From Candidatus Saccharimonadales bacterium (GTDB taxonomy: Bacteria > Patescibacteriota > Saccharimonadia > Saccharimonadales > CAIOMD01): DNA of 64,000 nt. Both the position numbers and the translations under genes were made by a program. The stretch is taken from positions 11,897-75,896 of the forward strand of contig JAXLZY010000001.1 in NCBI GenBank assembly GCA_046350635.1. Direction: 5' to 3'. This document shows positions 44,650 to 53,420 of this stretch, piece by piece; the stretch's first letter is position 1, and each line of letters opens with the position of its first letter. The notes below the pieces were generated by a model, which did no database searches, was not told the origin of the DNA, and saw nothing but the letters and a program-made list of their open reading frames with translations.

Positions 44650-47174
44650 CTACAATCTTGGTGGCATGTTGTAATACGAATCAAGCGTCTTCTTTGCTTC
44701 TTCGTCTAGGTTTAGTGGTGTGAAGTTTAGATATGCCGGGTAGTTAATTGTTTCCGAGGGTACCGTACTGTCAAGTGCATAGCTGCCTGGTCCAGGTGTA
44801 GTAGTATTTGTATTCGCGAGGAGTCGAGTACCTCCGTTGCGCTGTAAGTGTATGTTTGGGGCTACAAGCGCACCATTAATGATGAGTGTTCCTCGACATG
44901 CTGTGTCCCAAGATGCTCGCGCTGCTGCACTTGTATCACTGCTACAGGTGTAGATGTTGTTTGTAGCGACCATCATGGCATCTACTCGACGTACTCCCGG
45001 TGCAGTTATAACAATATTCTGGGCTTTAATAAGAAGTGTGGGCGCGGTTGTAATATCGAGTGATCCTGTTGGGATGTTCGACGTAATATCGCCCGTAATA
45101 GTAACGGTACCGTTGTCGATGACGGTAATTTGACCTGTCACACTACTGCCCCCCAATAGAAGCACCTGAAGACGTGTAATAGTTCTTGCCGCTTTCGCAG
45201 TAATAACTGGGCCCGTAGTAATGGGGTTACCTGTTGGTGTAATCGTTGACTACCGCGCCGCCACCGAAGTTAAAGATGACCAGTCGGTGCGTAGTTTGTT
45301 CCAGGTACCAGAAGCATCTTGTGTATGAAGACCATAAACGCATTACCACTTGGGTGACTTAAATATGGCTGCTAGGCTACTGAATGAACCCTTTCGCCAC
45401 CAGGCAGGTGTAAACATAAATCGGTTGGTGGTTCACGTACCACAAACGAGTACATCTTGGCCAAAAACTCGAGCAAATGGATTTCAGTGATTGTGGCATT
45501 GCGTTATTAGCGACGAAAGTGCAACAGAAGATATTGTAGCGGTGTATGTTTACCACCTGTAATACTGCCATCGAGAACATTACCACTATTAACCTCGGTG
45601 AAGTCATACGTTTGAGTAGTATTGACGGAACACGTGACGCTGCCGTTACCAACCGCAGGCATACCCGAAGAATTACTTAGGGTAATTGTGTGCGTGCCCG
45701 TTAGCGAGTTGCACTGTACTGTGGCGCGAAGCTTGACGCTACCACCAGCGCCCTTTTCATAGGTAGCGCCGGTGAGTGTGAGGGTGGGTGGAGCGACAAA
45801 ATTCGTACAATCCTCCGAGGGAGGATTTAGCTTTACGAAATTAGGAGTAGGGCTGGCATTAAGAAGCGTCAGCTTGAAGCAAGCAGACGTATCTCCGACG
45901 CTTGGGTTATAAGTTTCATTCGCTAGGCTATACGTTCCGTTGGCAGTAACATTATTAAGCGTACTGCTCGATATATCTACATAAGCACCGTTATTAATCT
46001 TTCGTGAAACTTTATAGGAAAGCGAGAATGGAGTTGATTGAAAATCAGAAATGATAACTTTTTTCGTGAAAGAAACAGGAGTTGTTCCTGTACTTGTCGG
46101 TGTCAATGCGGTAACTTTAGGAGTTGCTGTTGCAGTAGGGTATTGGCAGCCAATACTATCAAACGGCATTGCAAATTTGAGAGTATTATTGTCATACACA
46201 TGAATATGCTCCCAACGATAATTGACCCCACCTGTCATTTTGTAAGAAACGTATGAATTTACACCCGATAGACCAGATGGGTAAAAATTTGTACCGCTTT
46301 CAGTACCGTTAGAGGATGATTCTATTGCAACAGCCTTACCAGTACTTAGGTTAATTAATCTAACATACCATTTGTCGGGCTGAATTGAATCATTACCATT
46401 ATCAGGATCCGAAATATAAAACGCCCTGGTAACGGTTGTTCCGTCAGAAACACTACAATCTGGGCTAATAGGAAAAGTAATATTACCGTACGCCGTGTTT
46501 CTGCCTTGAGCATCCACTGCATAAATATATTTCTGCCAATTTGCTGCATCGTTTTTATAACCCCTATAGCTCACCAATGCACTACTATCATTTACGATAA
46601 TTCTAGCTGCATTCACGTATTCAAAACCAAGTGATTTACTAGTTGCTCCAGTTGCCGTTAGTCCCATCTTCCAACTATTAGTCGTAGCATCATATGGTAT
46701 CGCCTTCGCCTGTGCAGCTGTGAGTGAAATCGTTCTAGTGCAACTCGGTACGGGTGGGTTAGCAGTCGAAAGATTTACTACACCTCCTACCGATTTACTG
46801 CTAGTGCCCCAAGTCGCCGTATAAGTAGTAACTGTCTTTCCCTTATCTCCGGAAGTTATACTACTAAATCCGGCGTCAATTACTGCACTATCAGTCGTAT
46901 AACCTCGAGCATTTGTTTTACATAAGTCTGCATTTGCGATGTCAATTGTAAATGCAGCTGAAGGTTTGACTTTAAAGAAAATATCGACAGTTGACGTCGG
47001 TGCGGTTACGTCTGACGAATATGCGGTAACAAGGTAAACCCTATTCGGGAAAGTCTCTTCTGACGGTGAGTGCGCCTGATTTGATATTGCGGCATTCGTC
47101 GGAATCTGAAATGTGAATAGTATGGCAATCATAAAAGTTGCAAAGATCCCAAAATATACAAACCGTTTTATCAT
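44650..47174 (-). pseudogene. Paralogue of the 846-aa secreted protein, disrupted by multiple frameshifts in its middle
   Basis: Track ORFs 45507..47174 (signal peptide plus a distinct N-domain) and 44650..45165 (C-terminus nearly identical to the 846-aa protein) are separated by about 340 nt. That stretch aligns to copy A only with several 1-nt indels and clustered substitutions. Confidence 0.7.
44669..45792 (-). repeat. Copy B of the ~1.13-kb duplicated segment
   Basis: See copy A. Identity ends at ..gagggtgggtgga on the right and at ttgtaatacgaatc.. on the left. Confidence 0.85.
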
Positions 47175-47836
47175 TTGCTCAGCTCCTTGATACGTGTGTC
47201 ATAGTTTGAGATAGCATTTGAAATAGTAGTATCCTCTAAGTCCTTTTCTGCTAATATTGCCGCTTTTGCCTTTTGAAAATACTGGATAGCTAATTGCTTT
47301 TTATTTGCCTTAGTCGCAGTAATTCCGACTCTTTCATAGAAAACATAGTTTTTTGGGCCATTCAAACCATCGGCAATGATATAAATATTCAATGCCTTGT
47401 CATACTCACCTGAATCGTAATAAAGCGATGCTTTTGTTGTTGCCTCACTAATATCTTTAAAATTACTGTCGGATGATGGAATTTCTGATGTTCCATCTAT
47501 TTTCTTTAATACGCTTGAGGCTTCTGATTTGGCTAGAACTTGATCAGCCTTTGTTGAATTCTTTCCAGTAACACTATCAATGTATTCTTGGCTGGTAGTA
47601 TCAATTGTAGGTATTGGAGCTGCTTTTTTATTTTGAACTACTGCGTAAGTTACGATAACTAACGCAAGAACACACATACTAAAAAAACCAAGAACGACCA
47701 ATCTTTTTTTTGACCACGAATTATTTATAGTTTTTTTGTTACCAGCGGAACTAACCTTAGCTTCTAGGCTATCACTGAAATCTACTTGCTCATTCGAGGA
47801 GCTGAACTCTTTCGATTTGGAAGAATGTTTTTTCAT
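47171..47836 (-). CDS. Single-pass membrane protein with a helical-repeat ectodomain (paralogue of 43941..44579)
   Basis: Same architecture as the paralogue and the same 4-nt overlap with the downstream large gene. Confidence 0.55.
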   Translation of the reverse strand: MKKHSSKSKEFSSSNEQVDFSDSLEAKVSSAGNKKTINNSWSKKRLVVLGFFSMCVLALVIVTYAVVQNKKAAPIPTIDTTSQEYIDSVTGKNSTKADQVLAKSEASSVLKKIDGTSEIPSSDSNFKDISEATTKASLYYDSGEYDKALNIYIIADGLNGPKNYVFYERVGITATKANKKQLAIQYFQKAKAAILAEKDLEDTTISNAISNYDTRIKELSK

Positions 47837-47929
47837 AATTAAACAATTACTCTTAATTTAATCATGCGTACCAGATAAACACAACGCTTATGCATAGTTG
47901 TGGCTTCCCTGTTATAATAGTCATCGATT

Positions 47930-49012
47930 ATGAGTCTTTCTATCGGTATTATTGGTCTACCCAACGTTGGTAAATCAACGCTATTTAATGCCCTTACCAA
48001 TAACAATATTTTGGCGGCTAATTATCCTTTTGCAACGATTGAGCCTAATACCGGAATTGTACCTATTCCTGATGCTCGTTTAGACGAGTTAGCGAAGCTA
48101 TATAACAGCAAGAAAGTAGTGCCCGCAACTGTTGAGTTCACTGATATCGCCGGTCTAGTCGCTGGCGCCAGTAAAGGTGAAGGATTAGGTAATCAGTTTT
48201 TGAGCCACATTCGTGAGTGCGCCGCAATTGTGCAGGTTGTGCGTGACTTTACCGATGGCAACGTGATTCATGTTGATAACGAACTTCACCCATCTAAAGA
48301 CATTGATGTTATAAATACGGAGTTAGTTTTAGCAGATTTACAAACGCTTGATAAAACAATGCCTCGGCTCGAAAAAGAGGCTCGTGCCAACCCAAAACTT
48401 AAACCTACTGTTGAACTACTGCAAAAAGCGCATACACTCCTAGACGCCGGCACACCTATATATAGCGACGAAAACCTCCGCCAAGGGATTGCAGAATACA
48501 AGCAATTACAGCTATTGACTGCAAAGCCAATAATTTATTTGTTCAATGTCGATGAAGCCACATTAATAGATGCAAGTAAACAGGCTGAGCTTGCAAAGTT
48601 GGTAGCGCCAAGCCAATCATTGTTCGTAAATGCTAAGCTTGAAGACGAATTACGAAGCCTCGATGATGCCGATAGGACGGAAATGTTAAAAGAATATGGT
48701 GTTACTGAATCTGGTTTAATACAGCTCATACATGCAGCCTACGAAACACTTGGCTTACAAAGTTATTTAACAGCTGGTGAAAAAGAAGTTCGCGCTTGGA
48801 CAATACCCAAACAAGCCACTGCCCCACAAGCTGCGGGGGTAATTCATGGTGACTTTGAAAAAGGCTTTATTGCTGCCGAAATTGTTGATTACTACGATTT
48901 AATAGCTGCTGGCTCACTACCCGCTGCCCGTTCTGCCGGTAAAGTTCGTACCGAAGGAAAAACATACGTTATGCAACCAAACGATGTCGTTGAATTTAGG
49001 TTTAATGTCTAG
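47930..49012 (+). CDS. ychF: Ribosome-binding ATPase YchF
   Basis: IGIIGLPNVGKSTLFNALT, DIAGLV.GAS.GEGLGNQFL, and the C-terminal TGS-like AGVIHGDFEKGFI. Confidence 0.9.
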   Translation: MSLSIGIIGLPNVGKSTLFNALTNNNILAANYPFATIEPNTGIVPIPDARLDELAKLYNSKKVVPATVEFTDIAGLVAGASKGEGLGNQFLSHIRECAAIVQVVRDFTDGNVIHVDNELHPSKDIDVINTELVLADLQTLDKTMPRLEKEARANPKLKPTVELLQKAHTLLDAGTPIYSDENLRQGIAEYKQLQLLTAKPIIYLFNVDEATLIDASKQAELAKLVAPSQSLFVNAKLEDELRSLDDADRTEMLKEYGVTESGLIQLIHAAYETLGLQSYLTAGEKEVRAWTIPKQATAPQAAGVIHGDFEKGFIAAEIVDYYDLIAAGSLPAARSAGKVRTEGKTYVMQPNDVVEFRFNV

Positions 49013-49071
49013 TTTCACTGTTTATACACGAACTCTTTTGTAAAAGTTGATCTATAAAAAGTGATGTGCCC

Positions 49072-49106
49072 GGGTGGGCGCGCGTAATTGCTACGCGCGC
49101 CCACCC
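49072..49106 (-). terminator. G+C-rich perfect 15-bp hairpin downstream of the island gene
   Basis: GGGTGGGCGCGCGTA-ATTGC-TACGCGCGCCCACCC. On the minus strand a T-run (CTTTTTAT) follows within about 10 nt. Confidence 0.6.
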
Positions 49107-49121
49107 TAGGCGATGCTGACC

Positions 49122-49955
49122 CTAGCGGTGCGAGCCAGACGGCTTGCGCCTCGTCGCGAGCACCAGTGCGGTGCCAACGGCAAGGAAGAGAGCCGCCAGT
49201 CCGCCGGTGATGCCGGCAGACGCCGTGTTGTCTCCACCCGTCTTGGCCAGCTCCGTCGGCGGCTTGCTGGTGGAGGTGGGCGGAACGACGCTCGATGTCG
49301 CCGGGGGCGACGACGGCGGCTGGGTCGCCGGCACCGTCTGCGACGGCGTCGGTGTGGCACTCGGCGTCACAGACGGGGTGTCCGTGGGCGTCGGCGTCGG
49401 GGTGTCGGTCGGCGACTCGGACGGCGTGTCCGAAGGCTCCGGCGACGGTGAGTGGCACTCGACGAAGAAGATCTTCCCCGCCTTGTAGCCACTCTTGCCG
49501 TGACCCTGCGGGTACACGACATAGTCGAGCTGCGGGCCGGTGTAGACATCGGCTTGGAACCAGCCGCAACCGACGACCGACTTGGTGACCGAACCGGTCG
49601 TCTTCCCCGCAGGGATGATGATGGTGGTGCGGCCCCACTCGTTGAACGGCTGGCCAGAAGCCGAGCCGTTCCACTTGCCCGAGCCATCGTACGTCTCGGG
49701 GAGGGTGTAGATGTCACCGAACGCGACCGCGAGCGGTTCGCATGCCGGCTTCGGAATCGAGGCCGTGAAGGTGACGTCGAGGTCACGCTGCGAGAGCGAT
49801 CCCTTGACGGTCGACTTGTCGACTACCCGGACGCAGTCCTCGGACTGCGTCGGGTTCGGCGACGACTCGGTTGCGCTGGCACTCGGGACGAACCCGAACA
49901 TGCTGACGATGATGGTCACAGCGGATGCGGCCAGAGCCGCGGTGCGGAATCGCAC
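49122..49955 (-). CDS. Secreted cell-wall-anchored protein with an LAKTG (LAXTG, class E sortase-type) sorting signal; high-GC foreign-looking gene
   Basis: GTG start preceded by AGGGAAGAG. Signal peptide ..VPSASA, a ~150-aa four-Cys domain, a PT/S-rich linker, then ELAKTGG plus a hydrophobic helix and an RRK tail. It is the only one of about 9 overlapping ORFs here with protein-like architecture. Confidence 0.75.
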   Translation of the reverse strand: MRFRTAALAASAVTIIVSMFGFVPSASATESSPNPTQSEDCVRVVDKSTVKGSLSQRDLDVTFTASIPKPACEPLAVAFGDIYTLPETYDGSGKWNGSASGQPFNEWGRTTIIIPAGKTTGSVTKSVVGCGWFQADVYTGPQLDYVVYPQGHGKSGYKAGKIFFVECHSPSPEPSDTPSESPTDTPTPTPTDTPSVTPSATPTPSQTVPATQPPSSPPATSSVVPPTSTSKPPTELAKTGGDNTASAGITGGLAALFLAVGTALVLATRRKPSGSHR

Positions 49956-50052
49956 AGCTCTTCCCTCTTCTCATACTAGGGTCTTGCTGTTAATCGCACG
50001 GCGGGACTGCCGTACTGCAAACCGTACAGTCTCCCATACAGTTCAGCGTACA

Positions 50053-50082
50053 ATTATAACATATTTTATGCTATTTTGTCAA
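50053..50082 (-). promoter_or_regulatory. Consensus sigma-70 promoter (TTGACA, 18-nt spacer, TATAAT) facing the island gene
   Basis: The reverse complement reads TTGACAAAATAGCATAAAATATGTTATAAT. The -35 lies 5 nt past the stop of the upstream gene. Confidence 0.6.
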
Positions 50083-50086
50083 TACT

Positions 50087-50698
50087 TTACAGATTAAAAT
50101 AATCGTTATGTCTCTTAATAAGACGGTCAGCTTTTTTACCAAACACATATACATCGGGGTTATCACCATTGCGTAGTACTCGCTCGAGTCTATCGCATAG
50201 TTTTTTTGCACTACCTACCTCTGTTATAAGTGTATTGTCATAAACAACACGCGGTGAACCCGTTTGCTCTGTTGAGTAGCCTTCGGTTGCGTATAAATCT
50301 GTTTTTTCTGCTGGTAAAGCGCCTACCTGAAAGGTTAATACATACCGTTGTCCTGTCACACCATGCCCTGCCGGTATGTCCGCCAGTAGCTCTGCACTCA
50401 CTACTTTATAAAAAGTACCTACTGAAGGTGATCTGTTTTCTTGATGCGGACTGCGGTTACGATGCGTAACACTTAATAACCAGTAGTTGGCACTGTCGCT
50501 AACAACCGTTTGTAGTCGAAATTCTGACTGATTGTTTTGCAACGAACCAATAATAATGTCATCGAGCTGGGCTGGGGTGTAGGCGCCCAGAATAATATCT
50601 TCGAGTCCGCTAGCGACTTCAAATTCTAGCTCAGCCAAAGCCTGCTTTTCTTGCTTTTGATTGGCTTCGTTATTGAATGGATCTTGTTCGGTAGACAT
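50087..50698 (-). CDS. Hypothetical protein (203 aa)
   Basis: Track ORF with normal local composition. No motif recognised. Confidence 0.45.
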   Translation of the reverse strand: MSTEQDPFNNEANQKQEKQALAELEFEVASGLEDIILGAYTPAQLDDIIIGSLQNNQSEFRLQTVVSDSANYWLLSVTHRNRSPHQENRSPSVGTFYKVVSAELLADIPAGHGVTGQRYVLTFQVGALPAEKTDLYATEGYSTEQTGSPRVVYDNTLITEVGSAKKLCDRLERVLRNGDNPDVYVFGKKADRLIKRHNDYFNL

Positions 50699-50743
50699 CT
50701 GATTACTCTTAATGTACTACGAGAGAAGAAAAAGTAAAGCTAT

Positions 50744-51352
50744 CTATCGTTGAGCGGAACCACCACTAACGACCGAATCAAGTAAGGATTTAATCTTAGC
50801 CGCGACACGACCTTTTCGATTGTTCTCTTTTGAAATACGAAGGCTTTCTTCTTCAGTTAAGGTGCCTTCTGGGTTAGGCTCCATACCTTCGGCTTGCAAT
50901 ACACCCATTGGCAGTACCCCACGAGCACGCTGTGCTTCTACGGCGTAGTAAACGGTTGTAAATTCTTCGGGCGCGGGACGTGCATTGGCAATGACGTCTG
51001 CGAGATTACTTACCCCTGCTGTAGATAATTTTTCAGGATGATCTTCGTCTTCGATACCACCTGAAATCCAAACTAAACCATCAGGGCTCATCACATAACA
51101 TACTCGCTGTTTATTGTCGGTAATGTCATCAATCTTCGTTTCAGGACCGCGCTCATCAGTTTTACCGGTGATAGCAAAAATGCGATTAGTATTAGTCTCT
51201 ATAAGTGTCGGGAGTCCGGCTTGATTAGACGTTAGCCCTTGTTCAAAAATTTTAGACGTAACAGCTTGATTAAGCGCATTAACTGCGTGACGATACTCTA
51301 CTGTACCATCGCTGATATCTATTGATTGTGGATTTTTATTTTCAATGCTCAT
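50744..51352 (-). CDS. Hypothetical protein (202 aa)
   Basis: Track ORF with no motif recognised. Its promoter -10 ends only 6 nt before the ATG. Confidence 0.45.
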   Translation of the reverse strand: MSIENKNPQSIDISDGTVEYRHAVNALNQAVTSKIFEQGLTSNQAGLPTLIETNTNRIFAITGKTDERGPETKIDDITDNKQRVCYVMSPDGLVWISGGIEDEDHPEKLSTAGVSNLADVIANARPAPEEFTTVYYAVEAQRARGVLPMGVLQAEGMEPNPEGTLTEEESLRISKENNRKGRVAAKIKSLLDSVVSGGSAQR

Positions 51353-51358
51353 GCATAA

Positions 51359-51387
51359 ACATTAGCATTTTATTGCTATTTTGTCAA
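51359..51387 (-). promoter_or_regulatory. Promoter (TTGACA, 17-nt spacer, TAATGT) inside the tlyA 3' end; predicts a leaderless or near-leaderless mRNA for 50744..51352
   Basis: The reverse complement reads TTGACAAAATAGCAATAAAATGCTAATGT, followed by TTATGC and then ATG. Confidence 0.45.
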
Positions 51388-52095
51388 TTGTAATAGATAG
51401 AATCGTTCGCGATTACCCTTTGCGCCTGCAACCTCTGAATCATGTTTTGCAACCACCACGAAATACTTTTTTACCCATTGCTCAAAGTCTTTTAAAATCT
51501 GCCGACGCAGTGCATCATTTTTTATGACACCTTTATGCTTAGAGCCATCACCCGCCTCGAATTGAGGCTTAAGCATGGCTGCAATTTTGGTGTTTTTACC
51601 ACTGATAGCAGCGATGTGAGGCAAAATTTCGCGCAGGCTAATAAACGACACATCTATGACAATAATATCTGGTTTTTTAGATGGCTTAAAATCACGAATA
51701 TCGGTTTGTTCGTGTAGTTCTATTTTCGGGTTTCCATGCAAGCTCGGGTGCAACTGGTTGGTGCCAACATCGACTGCATACACTTTTTGCGCACCATGTT
51801 TGAGGGCGTAATCGGTAAAACCACCGGTGCTACTACCTACATCAAGCACAACAGCGTTTGTAAACGTAAGATTAAGGATTTCTGAGACACTCGCTAGCTT
51901 TAAGCCAGCACGACTCACATACTGTTCTGCCTGTTTAAGCTCAACCTTTGCACCTTCGGATACAAAAAAACCCGGTTTGGTTATCTGTTTTGTATCAACA
52001 AATACTACACCGAGTTTAATGTAACTTTCTGCCTGCGAACGACTCGTCACTAACCCTTTTTGCACTAGTAGAGTATCAAGTCGTTGCTTCGTCAT
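51376..52095 (-). CDS. tlyA: TlyA family rRNA 2'-O-methyltransferase
   Basis: S4 domain (RLDTLLVQKGLVTSRSQAESYI) plus FtsJ-type SAM motif VLDVGSSTGGFTDYAL. Confidence 0.85.
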   Translation of the reverse strand: MTKQRLDTLLVQKGLVTSRSQAESYIKLGVVFVDTKQITKPGFFVSEGAKVELKQAEQYVSRAGLKLASVSEILNLTFTNAVVLDVGSSTGGFTDYALKHGAQKVYAVDVGTNQLHPSLHGNPKIELHEQTDIRDFKPSKKPDIIVIDVSFISLREILPHIAAISGKNTKIAAMLKPQFEAGDGSKHKGVIKNDALRRQILKDFEQWVKKYFVVVAKHDSEVAGAKGNRERFYLLQLTK

Positions 52096-52104
52096 AGTCT
52101 ATCG

Positions 52105-52269
52105 TTACGCAGCGTCTACATCGACACAGCCAGCTACGGCAACTTGAGCTTCTGCAAGGCTAAGCTGAATCCGTCGCTCGACTGCATCCTGCTGTTTCAT
52201 GCTTTCAATAGCCCGATCACCGAGTTCAAGCTCATCGGTCTCTGTTAATGGAAATAATCGTTCAACCAT
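52105..52269 (-). CDS. Possible 54-aa small protein
   Basis: Own translation: MVERLFPLTETDELELGDRAIESMKQQDAVERRIQLSLAEAQVAVAGCVDVDAA. A strong AAGGAG lies 7 nt upstream. It is below the track cutoff. Confidence 0.4.
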   Translation of the reverse strand: MVERLFPLTETDELELGDRAIESMKQQDAVERRIQLSLAEAQVAVAGCVDVDAA

Positions 52270-52326
52270 AGTGTGCTCCTTTTGGTTTTATGTTTGAAAT
52301 ATAAAACCTAGTATACACCTATTTGA

Positions 52327-52893
52327 TTAGTCTTTTTTGCGTTCGCGGTAAGCACCGGTTTCGGTGTCGACGCTAATAACATCACCTTGTTTTATAAAGG
52401 CAGGTACCTTAACTGTAATACCCGTTTCGAGCGTCGCATCTTTAAGTACACTACTAGTAGTATCACCCTTAACGACGGTTTCGGTGTAGGTTACTTCTAG
52501 GTAGACATTTTTTGGTGGCTCGATGTTAATCACTTGTCCTTCGAAGGTCTGTGACTTAACGACATCGCCTTCTTTTAGGTAACCAGCGTAATCGCCCACT
52601 AAATCGGCTGATACCTCAATCTGCTCGTACGTATCGTTATCCATAAAGTAAAACTTTGCGCCGTCGTTATATAAATACTGAACATTCTGATAGCCAACGT
52701 CAGCCGGTTCGACTGCTTCGTTACCTTTAAAGGTTTTTTCGAGTACTTTGCCGTCTATAAGGCTCTTAATCCGGACGCCAACAATAGAACCGCCACGCCC
52801 CATAACCTTTTGGTTATATTCGAGTACGCGGTATGGTGTTCCGTCGAGTTTAAACACGGTACCTTTTTTTAAATCTGTAATGCCAAATGCCAT
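52327..52893 (-). CDS. efp: Elongation factor P
   Basis: Collinear with E. coli EF-P over LDG..EKTFK with no gaps. The loop reads MGRGG, with Arg at the position of E. coli Lys34. Confidence 0.9.
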   Translation of the reverse strand: MAFGITDLKKGTVFKLDGTPYRVLEYNQKVMGRGGSIVGVRIKSLIDGKVLEKTFKGNEAVEPADVGYQNVQYLYNDGAKFYFMDNDTYEQIEVSADLVGDYAGYLKEGDVVKSQTFEGQVINIEPPKNVYLEVTYTETVVKGDTTSSVLKDATLETGITVKVPAFIKQGDVISVDTETGAYRERKKD

Positions 52894-52904
52894 TGGAATC
52901 CTTG

Positions 52905-53174
52905 TTACTTAGCTGACTTGATTTGAGTTAAAAACAAATCAAGTTCTTGTTCTGATAATGCATTGGTAAGCTGGGCAGTTCTTAAAAGCGCCTCTAGCTT
53001 TGTTGAGTCATCGCGCTCGAACCAATCTTTAAGGGCAATGGACATATCTTGCGTAAAGTTACCGCCAGAGGTTTGAAAGCCAAACCCTTGGTTAGTACCA
53101 AGTAAAGCACTAAAATGCGGGTTTAACTTCTTAAAAATATCATCTGCAATTACCTTTTTTGCCTGAGCGTCCAT
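52905..53174 (-). CDS. Hypothetical small protein
   Basis: Track ORF 52905..53192. The start is moved to MDAQAKK because AAGGAGGG lies 3-4 nt upstream of it. Confidence 0.45.
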   Translation of the reverse strand: MDAQAKKVIADDIFKKLNPHFSALLGTNQGFGFQTSGGNFTQDMSIALKDWFERDDSTKLEALLRTAQLTNALSEQELDLFLTQIKSAK

Positions 53175-53203
53175 GTACCCTCCTTTACCCAAACGGGTAA
53201 CGA

Positions 53204-53410
53204 TTAGTTATGTGCGACGAATGGTAATAGTGCAATGTGGCGCGCGCGCTTAATTGCTTTTGCAAGGCGGCGTTGTTGCATTTCGGTTAAACCGGTACGC
53301 TTGCGTACTTCAATTTGTCCAAATTGGTTTACGTATCGTTGCAAGGTCTTAACGTCTTTGTAGTCAAAATAGACGGTTCCGGTTACTTGCTTTCTTTTAT
53401 TCTTAGCCAT
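53204..53410 (-). CDS. rpsR: 30S ribosomal protein S18
   Basis: [38 protein letters not shown]. Confidence 0.9.
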   Translation of the reverse strand: MAKNKRKQVTGTVYFDYKDVKTLQRYVNQFGQIEVRKRTGLTEMQQRRLAKAIKRARHIALLPFVAHN

Positions 53411-53420
53411 TATTTACTCC

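Noticed and set aside
41423-45792. Diversity-generating retroelement (template/variable repeat) as an explanation for the two near-identical segments with a variable core.
   Set aside because: No reverse transcriptase gene is in the window. The differences include indels and all base types rather than adenine-specific substitutions, and the variable copy is frameshifted.
49015-50097. Eight additional track ORFs overlapping the island gene in other frames (49015..49674 -, 49106..49360 -, 49113..49451 +, 49144..49488 +, 49295..49588 +, 49367..49786 -, 49452..49979 +, 49711..50097 +).
   Set aside because: Their translations are Arg/Pro/Gly/Ala-rich nonsense with no signal peptide or domain logic. 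Open off-frames are expected in high-GC DNA. Only 49122..49955 (-) has a coherent architecture.
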